Virus record (IMG/VR): IMGVR_UViG_3300048672_000233
Span: 1 to 62,622 of that record
Length of the DNA: 62,622 nt
From: a virus
Taxonomy: Duplodnaviria; Caudoviricetes
Reading direction: 5' to 3' (one strand)
Position 1 is the first letter of the stretch; each line of letters starts with the position of its first letter. The notes beneath the pieces are model-generated. The model saw nothing but the letters and a program-made list of their open reading frames with translations, searched no databases and was not told the origin of the DNA. Positions 35,343-44,837 of the stretch are shown here, in pieces. The position numbers and the translations under genes are program-made.

Positions 35343-38020
35343 TGTTTGATAAAGCACTAAACCAAGCCCCGCTGGGCATCGACGCATTAGCTGATGAAGG
35401 CACAATGCCTGAGTTAGATGCACTGGAAATTGACATCGAGCCTGAAGATGGCGAGGAAGAATATGATGACTATGATTCACCTGATGAGGAAGCATTTGAT
35501 GACAACCTTGCTGAATACCTTAGCGATAGCCAACTTCATATTCTTGCTAGTGATTTGTTACAAGATTATGAGGACGATGTAACCTCACGCGCTGATTGGC
35601 TTCAAGTATATGTCGATGGTATTGAACTACTCGGCATGAAGATGGAAGAACGCAGCGAACCTTGGGAGGGTGCGTGTGGTGTATATCACCCACTCCTAAG
35701 TGAAGCTGTTGTTAAATTCCAAGCTGAAACCATGATGGCAACATTCCCTGCTGGCGGCTGCGTTAAGACGCAACTTATTGGTAAAGAAACACCTGATAAG
35801 AAAGCCGCCGCTGCGCGTGTCCAAGAGGACATGAACTACCAGCTATTAGAAGTAATGACAGAGTATCGCCCTGAGCATGAAAGAATGTTGTGGGGTTTGG
35901 GCTTATCGGGTAATGCGTTCAAGAAAGTCTATTACGACCCAGCATTGGAACGTCAAGTGTCTATGTATATCACGGCTGAAGATTTAGTCGTACCTTATGG
36001 TGCAAGCAATATCGAGACCGCACCGCGTATCACCCATGTGATGCGTAAAACAGAGAACGAACTGCGCAGGCTGCAGGTTGCAGGGTTTTATCGTGACGAG
36101 GACTTAGGAGAACCCTCAAACTATTTAGATGATGTTGAGAAGAAAATCGCAGAGCGTATGGGATTCAATGCCACTTCAGATAACCGATACAAACTTCTTG
36201 AAATGCACGTTGAGCTTGACTTGGTAGGATTTGAAGATTTAGATGAGTCAGGTGAACCTACAGGCATCGCACTACCCTATGTAGTTACTATTGAAAAAAC
36301 AACCGCTACTGTCCTAGCTATTAGAAGGAATTGGGATGAAGACGACACTACACGTTCTAAACGTCAGCATTTTGTACATTATGGATATGTTCCTGGTTTT
36401 GGCTTTTATAACTTCGGTCTTATTCATCTGGTTGGCGCATTTGCTAAGTCTGGTACATCGCTTATTCGTCAGCTTGTTGACGCAGGTACATTATCGAACT
36501 TACCAGGCGGTTTCAAAGCTAGGGGGCTTCGTGTAAAAGGCGATGATACACCAATTGCACCAGGTGAATTTAGAGACGTTGATGTACCATCAGGCACTAT
36601 TCGCGATAATCTCATGCCGCTACCATACAAAGAGCCAAGCCAAGTATTGATGGCTCTGTTAAACCAGATTGTTGAAGAAGGACGCAGATTTGCCAACGCC
36701 GCAGATTTACAGATTTCAGATATGTCGGGTCAAGCTCCAGTGGGTACAACGCTTGCTATTTTAGAGCGCACCCTTAAAGTAATGTCAGCCGTTCAAGCGC
36801 GTATTCATTATTCGATGCGCCAAGAATTACGCCTATTGAAAGGGATTATTGCTGACTATGCACCCGATGATTATAACTATGAGCCAGACCAAGGTAGCCG
36901 CAAAGCCAAACGTAGCGATTATCAGAATGTGGACGTTATTCCTGTTTCTGACCCTAACGCCAGTACAATGGCACAAAAGATTGTTCAATACCAAGCAGCA
37001 CTGCAATTAGCACAAGGCGCACCACAGTTATACAACCTCCCGCTGTTACACCGCCAAATGCTTGATGTTTTAGGTATCCAAGATGCACAGAAGTTAGTAC
37101 CAATGGATGAGGACGCAAAACCTGTTGACCCTGTGACAGAAAACCAGAACATCTTGAAAACTCGTCCACTAAAAGCATTCACTAACCAAGACCATCAGGC
37201 ACATATCATGGTCCACACGAGTATGCTAAAAGACCCAAAAATTATGGGCGCATTGCAAGGCAATCCGATGTTACCTGCTATCCAAGCCGCAGGTATGGCG
37301 CACATCGCAGAGCATTTAGGTTTCCAATATCGCAAAGATATGGAGCAACAGCTTGGTATGGCACTCCCAGTACAAAAAGATATTTCAGGTGACGACATTC
37401 ACTTAGACCCTGATGTAGAAGCCAACTTGAGTCCTATTTTAGCACAAGCAGCACAACAGCTAGCCGCGCAACACAGCAAAGAAGCAGCGCAGCAAAAAGC
37501 ACAACAGCAGATGCAAGACCCACTGATTCAAATGCAGATGCAAGAGCTTCAACTCAAAGCAGCAGAGCAAAAACGCAAAGAAGCTAAAGACCAAGCAGAT
37601 ATCCAAATTAAGCAGCAAGAGCTTCAAATTGAGCGTGAGCGCATTAGTAGTACAGCAGGTGTTGCCCTATCAGGTCAGCAAGCACAAGCAGAGCAAGCAC
37701 AACTCGCCTTGCAAGTCAAAGCAACGACCGCAGGACAAAAGCTCAAAGTAGATACACTTAAGAACGCCGCTGATATGACAGCTAGAAACCAACTGAATGC
37801 AAAAACGCTGGAAGTGAACACACTTAAAGCCGCTGCTGAAATGACACACAAAAAGCAGCAGCACGATGTAACCATAGCTCACCAAGGCTTCCAAGACCAC
37901 TTAAATCGCGCAGATAAAACTCGTGATAATGCGATTAAGTTCGGGCATGAAGCGGTACAGAAGTTCTATGACAGAACACAAACAACCCCCCAAGCAGCTG
38001 AAGAAGGTGACGTAGCATGA
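35342..38020 (+). CDS. Portal protein
   Basis: 892 aa directly after TerL; HPLLSEAVVKFQA, GNAFKKVYYD, GFYNFGLIHL; Q-rich C-terminal coiled coil. Confidence 0.85.
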   Translation: MFDKALNQAPLGIDALADEGTMPELDALEIDIEPEDGEEEYDDYDSPDEEAFDDNLAEYLSDSQLHILASDLLQDYEDDVTSRADWLQVYVDGIELLGMKMEERSEPWEGACGVYHPLLSEAVVKFQAETMMATFPAGGCVKTQLIGKETPDKKAAAARVQEDMNYQLLEVMTEYRPEHERMLWGLGLSGNAFKKVYYDPALERQVSMYITAEDLVVPYGASNIETAPRITHVMRKTENELRRLQVAGFYRDEDLGEPSNYLDDVEKKIAERMGFNATSDNRYKLLEMHVELDLVGFEDLDESGEPTGIALPYVVTIEKTTATVLAIRRNWDEDDTTRSKRQHFVHYGYVPGFGFYNFGLIHLVGAFAKSGTSLIRQLVDAGTLSNLPGGFKARGLRVKGDDTPIAPGEFRDVDVPSGTIRDNLMPLPYKEPSQVLMALLNQIVEEGRRFANAADLQISDMSGQAPVGTTLAILERTLKVMSAVQARIHYSMRQELRLLKGIIADYAPDDYNYEPDQGSRKAKRSDYQNVDVIPVSDPNASTMAQKIVQYQAALQLAQGAPQLYNLPLLHRQMLDVLGIQDAQKLVPMDEDAKPVDPVTENQNILKTRPLKAFTNQDHQAHIMVHTSMLKDPKIMGALQGNPMLPAIQAAGMAHIAEHLGFQYRKDMEQQLGMALPVQKDISGDDIHLDPDVEANLSPILAQAAQQLAAQHSKEAAQQKAQQQMQDPLIQMQMQELQLKAAEQKRKEAKDQADIQIKQQELQIERERISSTAGVALSGQQAQAEQAQLALQVKATTAGQKLKVDTLKNAADMTARNQLNAKTLEVNTLKAAAEMTHKKQQHDVTIAHQGFQDHLNRADKTRDNAIKFGHEAVQKFYDRTQTTPQAAEEGDVA

Positions 38021-38211
38021 ACCACTTTGACTTAGCTATAAAACAAATAGGGGAGAAGCAGCAACAAATACAAGACGCTGTCTGCTCTAACCAAATCACC
38101 TCTTATGAGGAGTACAAATACTTATGCGGTGAGATTCATGGTCTGCTCATTGCACAAGGGTATCTATTAGACCTTAAAGACCAAATGGAGCATTACAATG
38201 ACAACGATTAA
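38017..38211 (+). CDS. Conserved small phage protein
   Basis: 64 aa; YEEYKYLCGEIHGL motif between portal and GroES. Confidence 0.65.
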   Translation: MNHFDLAIKQIGEKQQQIQDAVCSNQITSYEEYKYLCGEIHGLLIAQGYLLDLKDQMEHYNDND

Positions 38212-38368
38212 CCATCAAATTAACCACGCCGTACACAAGGCAGAAAAAGCGGTTAAGAAAGCAGCCAAAGAAACAACTAAAGTGGTTGAAGCTATAGTAG
38301 AAAACCCTGTAGTACAAGATGTCGCAGAGCAAGTCGCTGTAGACGTAATTGAATCAGTTGTAATTTAA
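38198..38368 (+). CDS. Small hypothetical protein
   Basis: 56-aa hand translation MTTINHQINHAVHKAEKAVKK...; GGAG RBS. Confidence 0.5.
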   Translation: MTTINHQINHAVHKAEKAVKKAAKETTKVVEAIVENPVVQDVAEQVAVDVIESVVI

Positions 38369-38377
38369 GAGGAATCC

Positions 38378-38740
38378 ATGAGTACACAAGAAACTCAAGA
38401 AAAAGCATCACAATTACCAAAGCCATCGGGATACCACATTCTCTGTGCTATTCCTGAAATGGAAGAAAAATTTGACGGTTCAGACATTATCAAAGCGGAT
38501 GTAACCCGCCAAAACGAAGAAACCCTAACTACGGTGCTATATGTCGTAGCGGTAGGTCCTGATTGTTACAAAGACGAGAAAAAGTTTCCCAACGGCGCGT
38601 GGTGCAAAGAGGGTGATTTTATCCTAGTTAGACCACACTCAGGTAGCCGTTTAGTCATCCACGGCAAAGAATTCAGACTAATCAACGATGATACTGTTGA
38701 AGCTACAGTTGATGACCCGCGCGGAATTAAACGCCGCTAA
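38378..38740 (+). CDS. groES: Co-chaperonin GroES-like protein
   Basis: LPKPSGYHIL...VVAVGPDCY...KEGDFILV...GKEFRLINDDTV. Confidence 0.85.
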   Translation: MSTQETQEKASQLPKPSGYHILCAIPEMEEKFDGSDIIKADVTRQNEETLTTVLYVVAVGPDCYKDEKKFPNGAWCKEGDFILVRPHSGSRLVIHGKEFRLINDDTVEATVDDPRGIKRR

Positions 38741-38764
38741 CCCTCCCACAAAAAGGAACACAAA

Positions 38765-39658
38765 ATGGCATTAGACCAAGACGAATATAAATTCCCTGAC
38801 GAAGAAGATGAGTTAGAGATTGAGATTGATGACGATACCCCAGAGGTAGATAGAGGTCGTGAGCCTATGCCACGTTCTATCGTCGAAGAATTAGAAGCCG
38901 ACGAGCTTGATAGCTACGATGCTAAGACCAAAGAAAAGCTCAAACAAATGAGAAAGGTCTGGCATGATGAGCGTCGAGAAAAAGAAAAAGTACAACGTGA
39001 AGCATCGGAAGCTATTACACTAGCGCAACGGTTATTTGAAGAAAATAAACGCATCAACAGTGTCATTCAGTCAAGTGAAAAAGAATATGTTACAACTATC
39101 CAACACTCAGCTAATACGGAGTATGAGCAAGCTAAACGAGCCTATAAAGACGCTTACGAACAAGGCGACTCAGACGGGCTAGTAGAAGCCCAAGAGCGCA
39201 TGAATATGGCTAACATAAAAGTCATCCGCGCCCATAATATGCAGACAGGCACTTTACAAACGCCTGAAAATGATGTACAACTTGTACAGCAACATCTAAA
39301 TAGTAAGCAACAAGCTACAGTCCAACCTGACCAACGTGCCTTAGCATGGCGGGAACAGAACCCTTGGTTTAACGATGACAATGCAGAACTCAAAGGCTAT
39401 GCTTTAGGGTTACATGCAAAGTTACTCCAAGAAGGTTACACAGGCGGTAGCGAAGAATACTACGCAGCATTAGATAAACGGATGTCAAAAGTCCTACCAC
39501 AAAAACAGCGCAAATCATCCTCAGTTGTCGCTTCTGCATCGCGGTCTACCACACCAAATAAGGTACGCCTAACTCAAAGTCAAGTCGCAATCGCAAAAAA
39601 ATTCGGCTTAACCCCAGAACAATATGCTAAAGAAGTAATCAAATTGGAGCAAAGATAA
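38765..39658 (+). CDS. Putative capsid scaffolding protein
   Basis: Acidic N-terminus, coiled coil, W...NPWF, C-terminal LTQSQVAIAKKFGLTPEQYAK. Confidence 0.7.
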   Translation: MALDQDEYKFPDEEDELEIEIDDDTPEVDRGREPMPRSIVEELEADELDSYDAKTKEKLKQMRKVWHDERREKEKVQREASEAITLAQRLFEENKRINSVIQSSEKEYVTTIQHSANTEYEQAKRAYKDAYEQGDSDGLVEAQERMNMANIKVIRAHNMQTGTLQTPENDVQLVQQHLNSKQQATVQPDQRALAWREQNPWFNDDNAELKGYALGLHAKLLQEGYTGGSEEYYAALDKRMSKVLPQKQRKSSSVVASASRSTTPNKVRLTQSQVAIAKKFGLTPEQYAKEVIKLEQR

Positions 39659-40110
39659 TGGCTGATAACACAAGAGTATCCCGCGAAGTTGAAACCCGCG
39701 CAGTTCAAGAACGCCCTAAGCAGTGGCAACAACCTGAACTTCTACCAGAGCCAGACAAACAGGCTGGGTTTTCCTATAGATGGATTCGTGTAGCGACACT
39801 AAACAACGCTGACCCGCGTAACCTATCTGCCAAACTCAGAGAAGGTTGGGAACCAGTAAAAATTGAAGAACAACCACAATTCCAACTGCTAGTTGACCCA
39901 AACAGTCGTTTTAAAGACAACGTTGAAGTCGGCGGATTATTGCTCTGCAAAACACCTACTGAGTTCGTGGAACAACGTAACAGACATTACGAAAACCAAA
40001 CGCAAGCCCAAGTAGATGCCGTAGACAATAGTTTATTACGTCAAAGCGATGCCCGAATGCCTATCTTTAGAGAACGCGAATCGAAGACATCCTTTGGAAA
40101 AGGTGTTTAA
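39658..40110 (+). CDS. Conserved head-module protein
   Basis: 150 aa; YRWIR...REGWEPV...GGLLLCK. Confidence 0.65.
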   Translation: MADNTRVSREVETRAVQERPKQWQQPELLPEPDKQAGFSYRWIRVATLNNADPRNLSAKLREGWEPVKIEEQPQFQLLVDPNSRFKDNVEVGGLLLCKTPTEFVEQRNRHYENQTQAQVDAVDNSLLRQSDARMPIFRERESKTSFGKGV

Positions 40111-40128
40111 TAATTTTTGGAGTAAACA

Positions 40129-40944
40129 ATGGCTTATCCAACAGTCGCAGGTCCTTACGGGTTTAACCCTGTAAATTTAGTAGGTGGTCAGGTATATACG
40201 GGTTCAACTCGTGAATATCCTATCGCTTATAACTACGGTACAAGCATCTTTCACGGTGATTATGTACAGTTATCGAGTGGTTCAGTAACAATCTTAGCCA
40301 ACACTATCGCAGGCAACGCCGCAGTGGGTGTATTCCTAGGGTGTTCATATACTGACCCTGTAACAAAGCAAAAACGCTACTCACAGTATTACCCAGCATC
40401 TACGTTAGCTGGTGATATTGTAGCTGTTGTCGCCGATGACCCTGATTTGATTCTTAAAGCCGCTGTAGTAACAGCAGCAGGTACAACAACTATCGCTTCA
40501 GCTTCAATGTTGTTAGTTGGTCAAAACATGGCAGGTAACACAACTACAGGTTCTACCACTACAGGTAACTCGATGGGCGGTGTTGTCGCAGGTTCATCAT
40601 CAACAGGTAACTTCCGAGTGTTAGCGTTAGCTCCTGAAGGTCAAATTAAATCTTCTGCTACTTATGTTTCTGGTACAGGCACAACAACTTTGACAGTTTC
40701 AGGTTTGACAGTAGGTCAAGTAATTCCTGTTGGTACAGACGTATTCCAAAGTATTAACGGGCAGTTGCAATTCACAGGCTCAGTAGTTTCTACCGCAGCA
40801 ACAGTGGCGTCAGCTACCTCGCAAGCGTTGACAGTTACCGCTTCTACAGCAACTATCGCATCAACTAACCCATTAGTATTGGTACAAACGCCAGAAGTGT
40901 ATGTGAAAGCAACATTTGGCGCACACCGTTACTACGTTGCTTAA
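40129..40944 (+). CDS. Putative capsid decoration/minor capsid protein
   Basis: Beta-rich T/S/G protein directly upstream of the major capsid gene. Confidence 0.6.
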   Translation: MAYPTVAGPYGFNPVNLVGGQVYTGSTREYPIAYNYGTSIFHGDYVQLSSGSVTILANTIAGNAAVGVFLGCSYTDPVTKQKRYSQYYPASTLAGDIVAVVADDPDLILKAAVVTAAGTTTIASASMLLVGQNMAGNTTTGSTTTGNSMGGVVAGSSSTGNFRVLALAPEGQIKSSATYVSGTGTTTLTVSGLTVGQVIPVGTDVFQSINGQLQFTGSVVSTAATVASATSQALTVTASTATIASTNPLVLVQTPEVYVKATFGAHRYYVA

Positions 40945-40957
40945 AGGAGCATAAAAC

Positions 40958-41872
40958 ATGGCAGCTATTTCAAGAAGTCAGTTACTTAAAGAATTACTCC
41001 CAGGACTGAACGCATTATTTGGTTTGGAGTACAAACGCTACGACGAGCAACATAAAGAAATTTATGAAATCGAAACCTCTGAGCGTTCATTTGAAGAAGA
41101 AACTAAATTATCAGGTTTCTCAGCAGCTCCAGTTAAAACTGAGGGCGGTGCTATTGCTTATGACTCTGGTCAAGAAGCATGGACATCACGCTACAACCAC
41201 GAGACAATCGCGTTGGGCTTTAGCTTAACTGAAGAAGCAATTGAAGATAACTTGTATGACTCATTGTCAGCTCGTTATACAAAAGCGTTGGCTCGTGCGA
41301 TGGCATACACCAAACAGATTAAAGCGGTTGCACCACTTAACAATGGTTTCAACGCAGCTTACACGGGTGGTGATGGCGTAGCATTGTTCTCAACAGCTCA
41401 CCCATTGGTCGGTGGTGGCACAAACTCAAACACACCAACAACCGCAGCGGATTTAAACGAAACTTCACTAGAAGCGGCTGTTATTCAAATCTCTGGTTGG
41501 ACGGATGAACGTGGCTTGTTGATTGCAGCTAAACCACGCAAATTGATTGTACCCGCAGCGTTGCAGTTCGTAGCAACGCGTTTATTAGAAACAGAAGGTC
41601 GCGTAGGCACAGCCGATAACGACTTGAACGCTTTGAAAAACAACGGAGCAATTCCAGAAGGCTACACGGTAAATAACTTCTTAACCGATAACAACGCTTG
41701 GTTCTTAACAACTGACGTGCCAAACGGTATGAAGCACTTTATCCGTTCACCATTGAAAACATCAATGGACCAAGATTTTGACAGTGGTAATAGTCGCTTT
41801 AAGTCAAGAGAACGCTACAGTTTCGGTTGGTCAGACTCGTTGGGTATCTACGGTTCACCTGGCGCAAGCTGA
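40958..41872 (+). CDS. Major capsid protein (Mu gpT-like family)
   Basis: ISRSQLLKELLPGLNALFGLEY...ETIALGFSLTEEAIEDNLY...RERYSFGWSD; AGGAG RBS; terminator follows. Confidence 0.88.
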   Translation: MAAISRSQLLKELLPGLNALFGLEYKRYDEQHKEIYEIETSERSFEEETKLSGFSAAPVKTEGGAIAYDSGQEAWTSRYNHETIALGFSLTEEAIEDNLYDSLSARYTKALARAMAYTKQIKAVAPLNNGFNAAYTGGDGVALFSTAHPLVGGGTNSNTPTTAADLNETSLEAAVIQISGWTDERGLLIAAKPRKLIVPAALQFVATRLLETEGRVGTADNDLNALKNNGAIPEGYTVNNFLTDNNAWFLTTDVPNGMKHFIRSPLKTSMDQDFDSGNSRFKSRERYSFGWSDSLGIYGSPGAS

Positions 41873-41897
41873 TAAGTAGTAAGTAACTATAGTAGAT

Positions 41898-41930
41898 AAG
41901 GAAGCCATCTTCGTGAGGGCTTCCTTTTGT
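41898..41930 (+). terminator. Intrinsic terminator after the major capsid gene
   Basis: AAGGAAGCC...GGCTTCCTT-TTGT. Confidence 0.75.
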
Positions 41931-41959
41931 TTGACATATTTTTAAATAGTTGGTAGAAT
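41931..41959 (+). promoter_or_regulatory. Sigma70 promoter of the KilA-N cassette
   Basis: TTGACA-N17-TAGAAT. Confidence 0.75.
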
Positions 41960-41991
41960 TGTATTTCCAATAACTAATTAGAGATACGGAA

Positions 41992-42672
41992 ATGAAAACA
42001 AACCAAGTAATGACCTTAGACTTCGACGGAAAATCTTTGGAAATTGAACATAAAACGAAGATGGGGAGTTTAACCGAACTATGGGCAATCGGTAATTCAA
42101 TCCGCGAAGCAAAAGGATTAACTCCCTTATTGATGTCACATTATCTACGCTCACCTGAAACACTTGAACTTGTACAGGCAATAGAGCGCAAAGAAGGTAT
42201 AATTTCTAAATGTGCGGATTCCGCACATTTAGAAAACGGGACTGTAGCAACGATTCAATCAGACCTAATTAGAACAAAACGTGGTCGGCATGGCGGTGGG
42301 ACATGGGCGCATATCTATTTACTATTAGATGCTGCTGCAAGAATGGACGCAGATTTCAAAGTTAAGATGTTTGATATCCTAATCGAAGGTAAGCTGCTAG
42401 AGTGGCGTGATGATAGTGGAGACTCTTTCAAAGCCTTGAATATGATGATTGAGCAGGAGTTAGTAAAAGATACAGCAAAATCTAAACCCTACTACATTCG
42501 TGTGGCTATGGCGGTGAAAGAAAACGTAAATCCTACAGGGGGGTCATGGAACACCGCTACCTACCAAGAGCTAAAACGCAGAGATACCATTGAGAATCAA
42601 CTGATGGCAATGCTAAAAATGAAGTTGATTAGAGACATAAATCACATGACGCTCATTGCCAAAACAATGTAG
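41992..42672 (+). CDS. KilA-N domain DNA-binding protein (moron-like insertion)
   Basis: MGSLTELW...YLRSPETLELV...TKRGRHGGGTWAHIYLLLDAA..MDADFKV; own promoter; hairpin at about 42707-42743. Confidence 0.8.
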   Translation: MKTNQVMTLDFDGKSLEIEHKTKMGSLTELWAIGNSIREAKGLTPLLMSHYLRSPETLELVQAIERKEGIISKCADSAHLENGTVATIQSDLIRTKRGRHGGGTWAHIYLLLDAAARMDADFKVKMFDILIEGKLLEWRDDSGDSFKALNMMIEQELVKDTAKSKPYYIRVAMAVKENVNPTGGSWNTATYQELKRRDTIENQLMAMLKMKLIRDINHMTLIAKTM

Positions 42673-42749
42673 GTGGTATAAACTCTCCGCGCCATAGAAG
42701 TCCTCTAAGCCCATAGTTATTGTCGTGATAGGTATGGGCTTTCTAATGC

Positions 42750-42778
42750 TTGAAATAAAACCAAAAATAAGGTATAAG
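42750..42778 (+). promoter_or_regulatory. Sigma70-type promoter
   Basis: TTGAAA-N17-TATAAG. Confidence 0.6.
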
Positions 42779-42780
42779 GT

Positions 42781-42850
42781 GCGTAAATCTAGGCTTCCTT
42801 TATTTGCGCTGACCGACCTAGCGGACACCACAGACGGCGTACTCTTAGTG
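42781..42850 (+). ncRNA. Candidate pseudoknotted leader RNA (possibly Mu-gpT-DE-like)
   Basis: Crossing stems CUAGG/CCUAG and GCGCUG/CGGCGU, downstream of a gpT-like capsid gene. Confidence 0.4.
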
Positions 42851-42860
42851 AGAAATTATC

Positions 42861-43352
42861 ATGGGTTTATCTACACACTTAGGTCCTTGGCTAGTTGGTA
42901 CAGTTAAAGATACTACAGGCACCACAGCAGGAACTATCCGCAACATTGGCACATCAGTTGCCATCCAAGCAAACGCCATCGCAGCCGCACAATTAGCCGC
43001 AGCGACTACAGCTACCACAGCTTTCGTTGTTCCAGCGGGTTCAATTCTTATCGGCGCACAGTTCTATGCAACCACTACCGTTACGACAGGCTCAACAGCA
43101 ACTATCAAATTGACCTTAAATGGTACAGATATTACAGCGGCTACCACTATCTCAGGCACAGCAGGTGTATTTGGTTTGACCTTATCGGGTACAGGCGCAA
43201 CAGCAGCAGGACTATTGGCTAACGTAGGCTCAACAGATGCCGTAATCACATACACAACCGCAGCAGTAACAGGTGGCGCAGGTGTATTATTACTTGAGTA
43301 CGCAGTACGCTTGGCTGACGGTACATACGTTCCTACTTCTTACACAGCATAG
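42861..43352 (+). CDS. Virion structural protein
   Basis: 163 aa, T/A/G-rich; MGLSTHLGPWLVGT N-terminus. Confidence 0.65.
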   Translation: MGLSTHLGPWLVGTVKDTTGTTAGTIRNIGTSVAIQANAIAAAQLAAATTATTAFVVPAGSILIGAQFYATTTVTTGSTATIKLTLNGTDITAATTISGTAGVFGLTLSGTGATAAGLLANVGSTDAVITYTTAAVTGGAGVLLLEYAVRLADGTYVPTSYTA

Positions 43353-43364
43353 TAGGTACTGGAT

Positions 43365-43742
43365 ATGTCTTATACAAGATATAAGGCTAGCGTGGTCACC
43401 CTAACGGGTGTACCACAAACTAGCACAGGTTATACAAACACCACACAACCATTGTTCGCTTCCGTAGGTGGCAGAACTATCCAAGCGAAAGCCACTAATA
43501 TCCCTACAAACGTCACCGTAACTATCAACTGGTTTGGTACAAATATCTGCGTACCTGATTCCCCTGCATCAAGCACCACGGGCGGATATAACTTTGCACA
43601 AACGGTTTTAGGTGGAGCTGTATGGACAGCAGGACCAGATGCTTCTGGAGCTACTTTAACTAATGCTTGGCGACATATTTACGCACAGGTCACTGTGAGC
43701 AGTGGTACTGTTACAGGACTTACCTTATCCACGGGAGTTTAG
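43365..43742 (+). CDS. Putative structural protein
   Basis: 125 aa, beta-rich. Confidence 0.55.
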   Translation: MSYTRYKASVVTLTGVPQTSTGYTNTTQPLFASVGGRTIQAKATNIPTNVTVTINWFGTNICVPDSPASSTTGGYNFAQTVLGGAVWTAGPDASGATLTNAWRHIYAQVTVSSGTVTGLTLSTGV

Positions 43743-43743
43743 T

Positions 43744-44430
43744 ATGGGTACTACGACAGAAACAGGCTATAGTCAACAAGTATCCTACAACGGCAGCTCG
43801 ATAGTTTTGCCTAAAGAACAGAATAGTGGCATCAAGGTAGACACAGTAGCACCTACATTCGGATGGAAAGACATTACCGGTATATTATATCCTGATACAG
43901 GTGGGGCAAACGCACCCGCGTTAGGCACATTTCGCGGGGGTAATATCAGACGATTTAGTTACGCAGTAGCAGATAAGTGTGATTGTGAGTTCCATATCCC
44001 ACATGATTACGCGATGGGAACAGATGTTTATGTGCATGTGCATTGGTCGCATAATGGTACAGCTATATCTGGAAATATGGTTTTCACTATCGCGCACTCT
44101 TACGCAAAAGGGCATAACCAAGGGGAGGCTTCAGTTTATCCCGCTGAGAAAACGGTAGTGCTTACTTATGTGACAACCAACATCGCTACTACACCACAGT
44201 ATATCCATCGTGTAGACGAGGTAGCAATTTCAAGCGCAGGTGGCAGCGCAACACTTATGGATACAGCAGCAATTGAGCCAGATGGTGTTATTGCAATCAA
44301 TCTTACTACCACAACGATTCCTACGATTACAGGGGGTTCACCTAATGAACCGTTTATTTTTCATATAGATTTGCACTACCAATCTACGCAAACAGCCACG
44401 AAAAATAAGTCACCTGACTTCTGGACGTAA
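43744..44430 (+). CDS. Putative structural protein
   Basis: FHIPHDYAMGTDVYVHVHW motif; start placed at ATG 43744. Confidence 0.55.
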   Translation: MGTTTETGYSQQVSYNGSSIVLPKEQNSGIKVDTVAPTFGWKDITGILYPDTGGANAPALGTFRGGNIRRFSYAVADKCDCEFHIPHDYAMGTDVYVHVHWSHNGTAISGNMVFTIAHSYAKGHNQGEASVYPAEKTVVLTYVTTNIATTPQYIHRVDEVAISSAGGSATLMDTAAIEPDGVIAINLTTTTIPTITGGSPNEPFIFHIDLHYQSTQTATKNKSPDFWT

Positions 44431-44435
44431 CCACA

Positions 44436-44837
44436 ATGCACGACGCATTACATATTGATACGGAATCTATACCTATGATGGAACTCGCTGTAGGTACGCT
44501 TTTAGGCGTTCTAGCATGGTTTATAAACACCGTTAAGTCCATGGCTGTTAGTAAAATAAACGAGCTTGAGTGCAAGCACAACCAGAACACATCTCGCATC
44601 GAGAACCACTGCGAAAAACTGAATGAACACCGCACTGAGATTGAGCTGTTAAAACATACCAGTGTTAAACGTGAAGATTTAGACCGAGTATTCAGCAGCC
44701 TACGCGAAGAACTTAAAGATGATATTGACAATGTGTTCGTGCGTGTCCAAGAACGCGTAGATGCTATCTACGCACAAGGCTGTGGTAACACTATTCGATT
44801 AAGCAAACAGAGACACGAAGATGAAAAAACCAAGTAA
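44436..44837 (+). CDS. Membrane-anchored coiled-coil protein
   Basis: N-terminal transmembrane segment LAVGTLLGVLAWFI followed by a coiled coil. Confidence 0.55.
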   Translation: MHDALHIDTESIPMMELAVGTLLGVLAWFINTVKSMAVSKINELECKHNQNTSRIENHCEKLNEHRTEIELLKHTSVKREDLDRVFSSLREELKDDIDNVFVRVQERVDAIYAQGCGNTIRLSKQRHEDEKTK

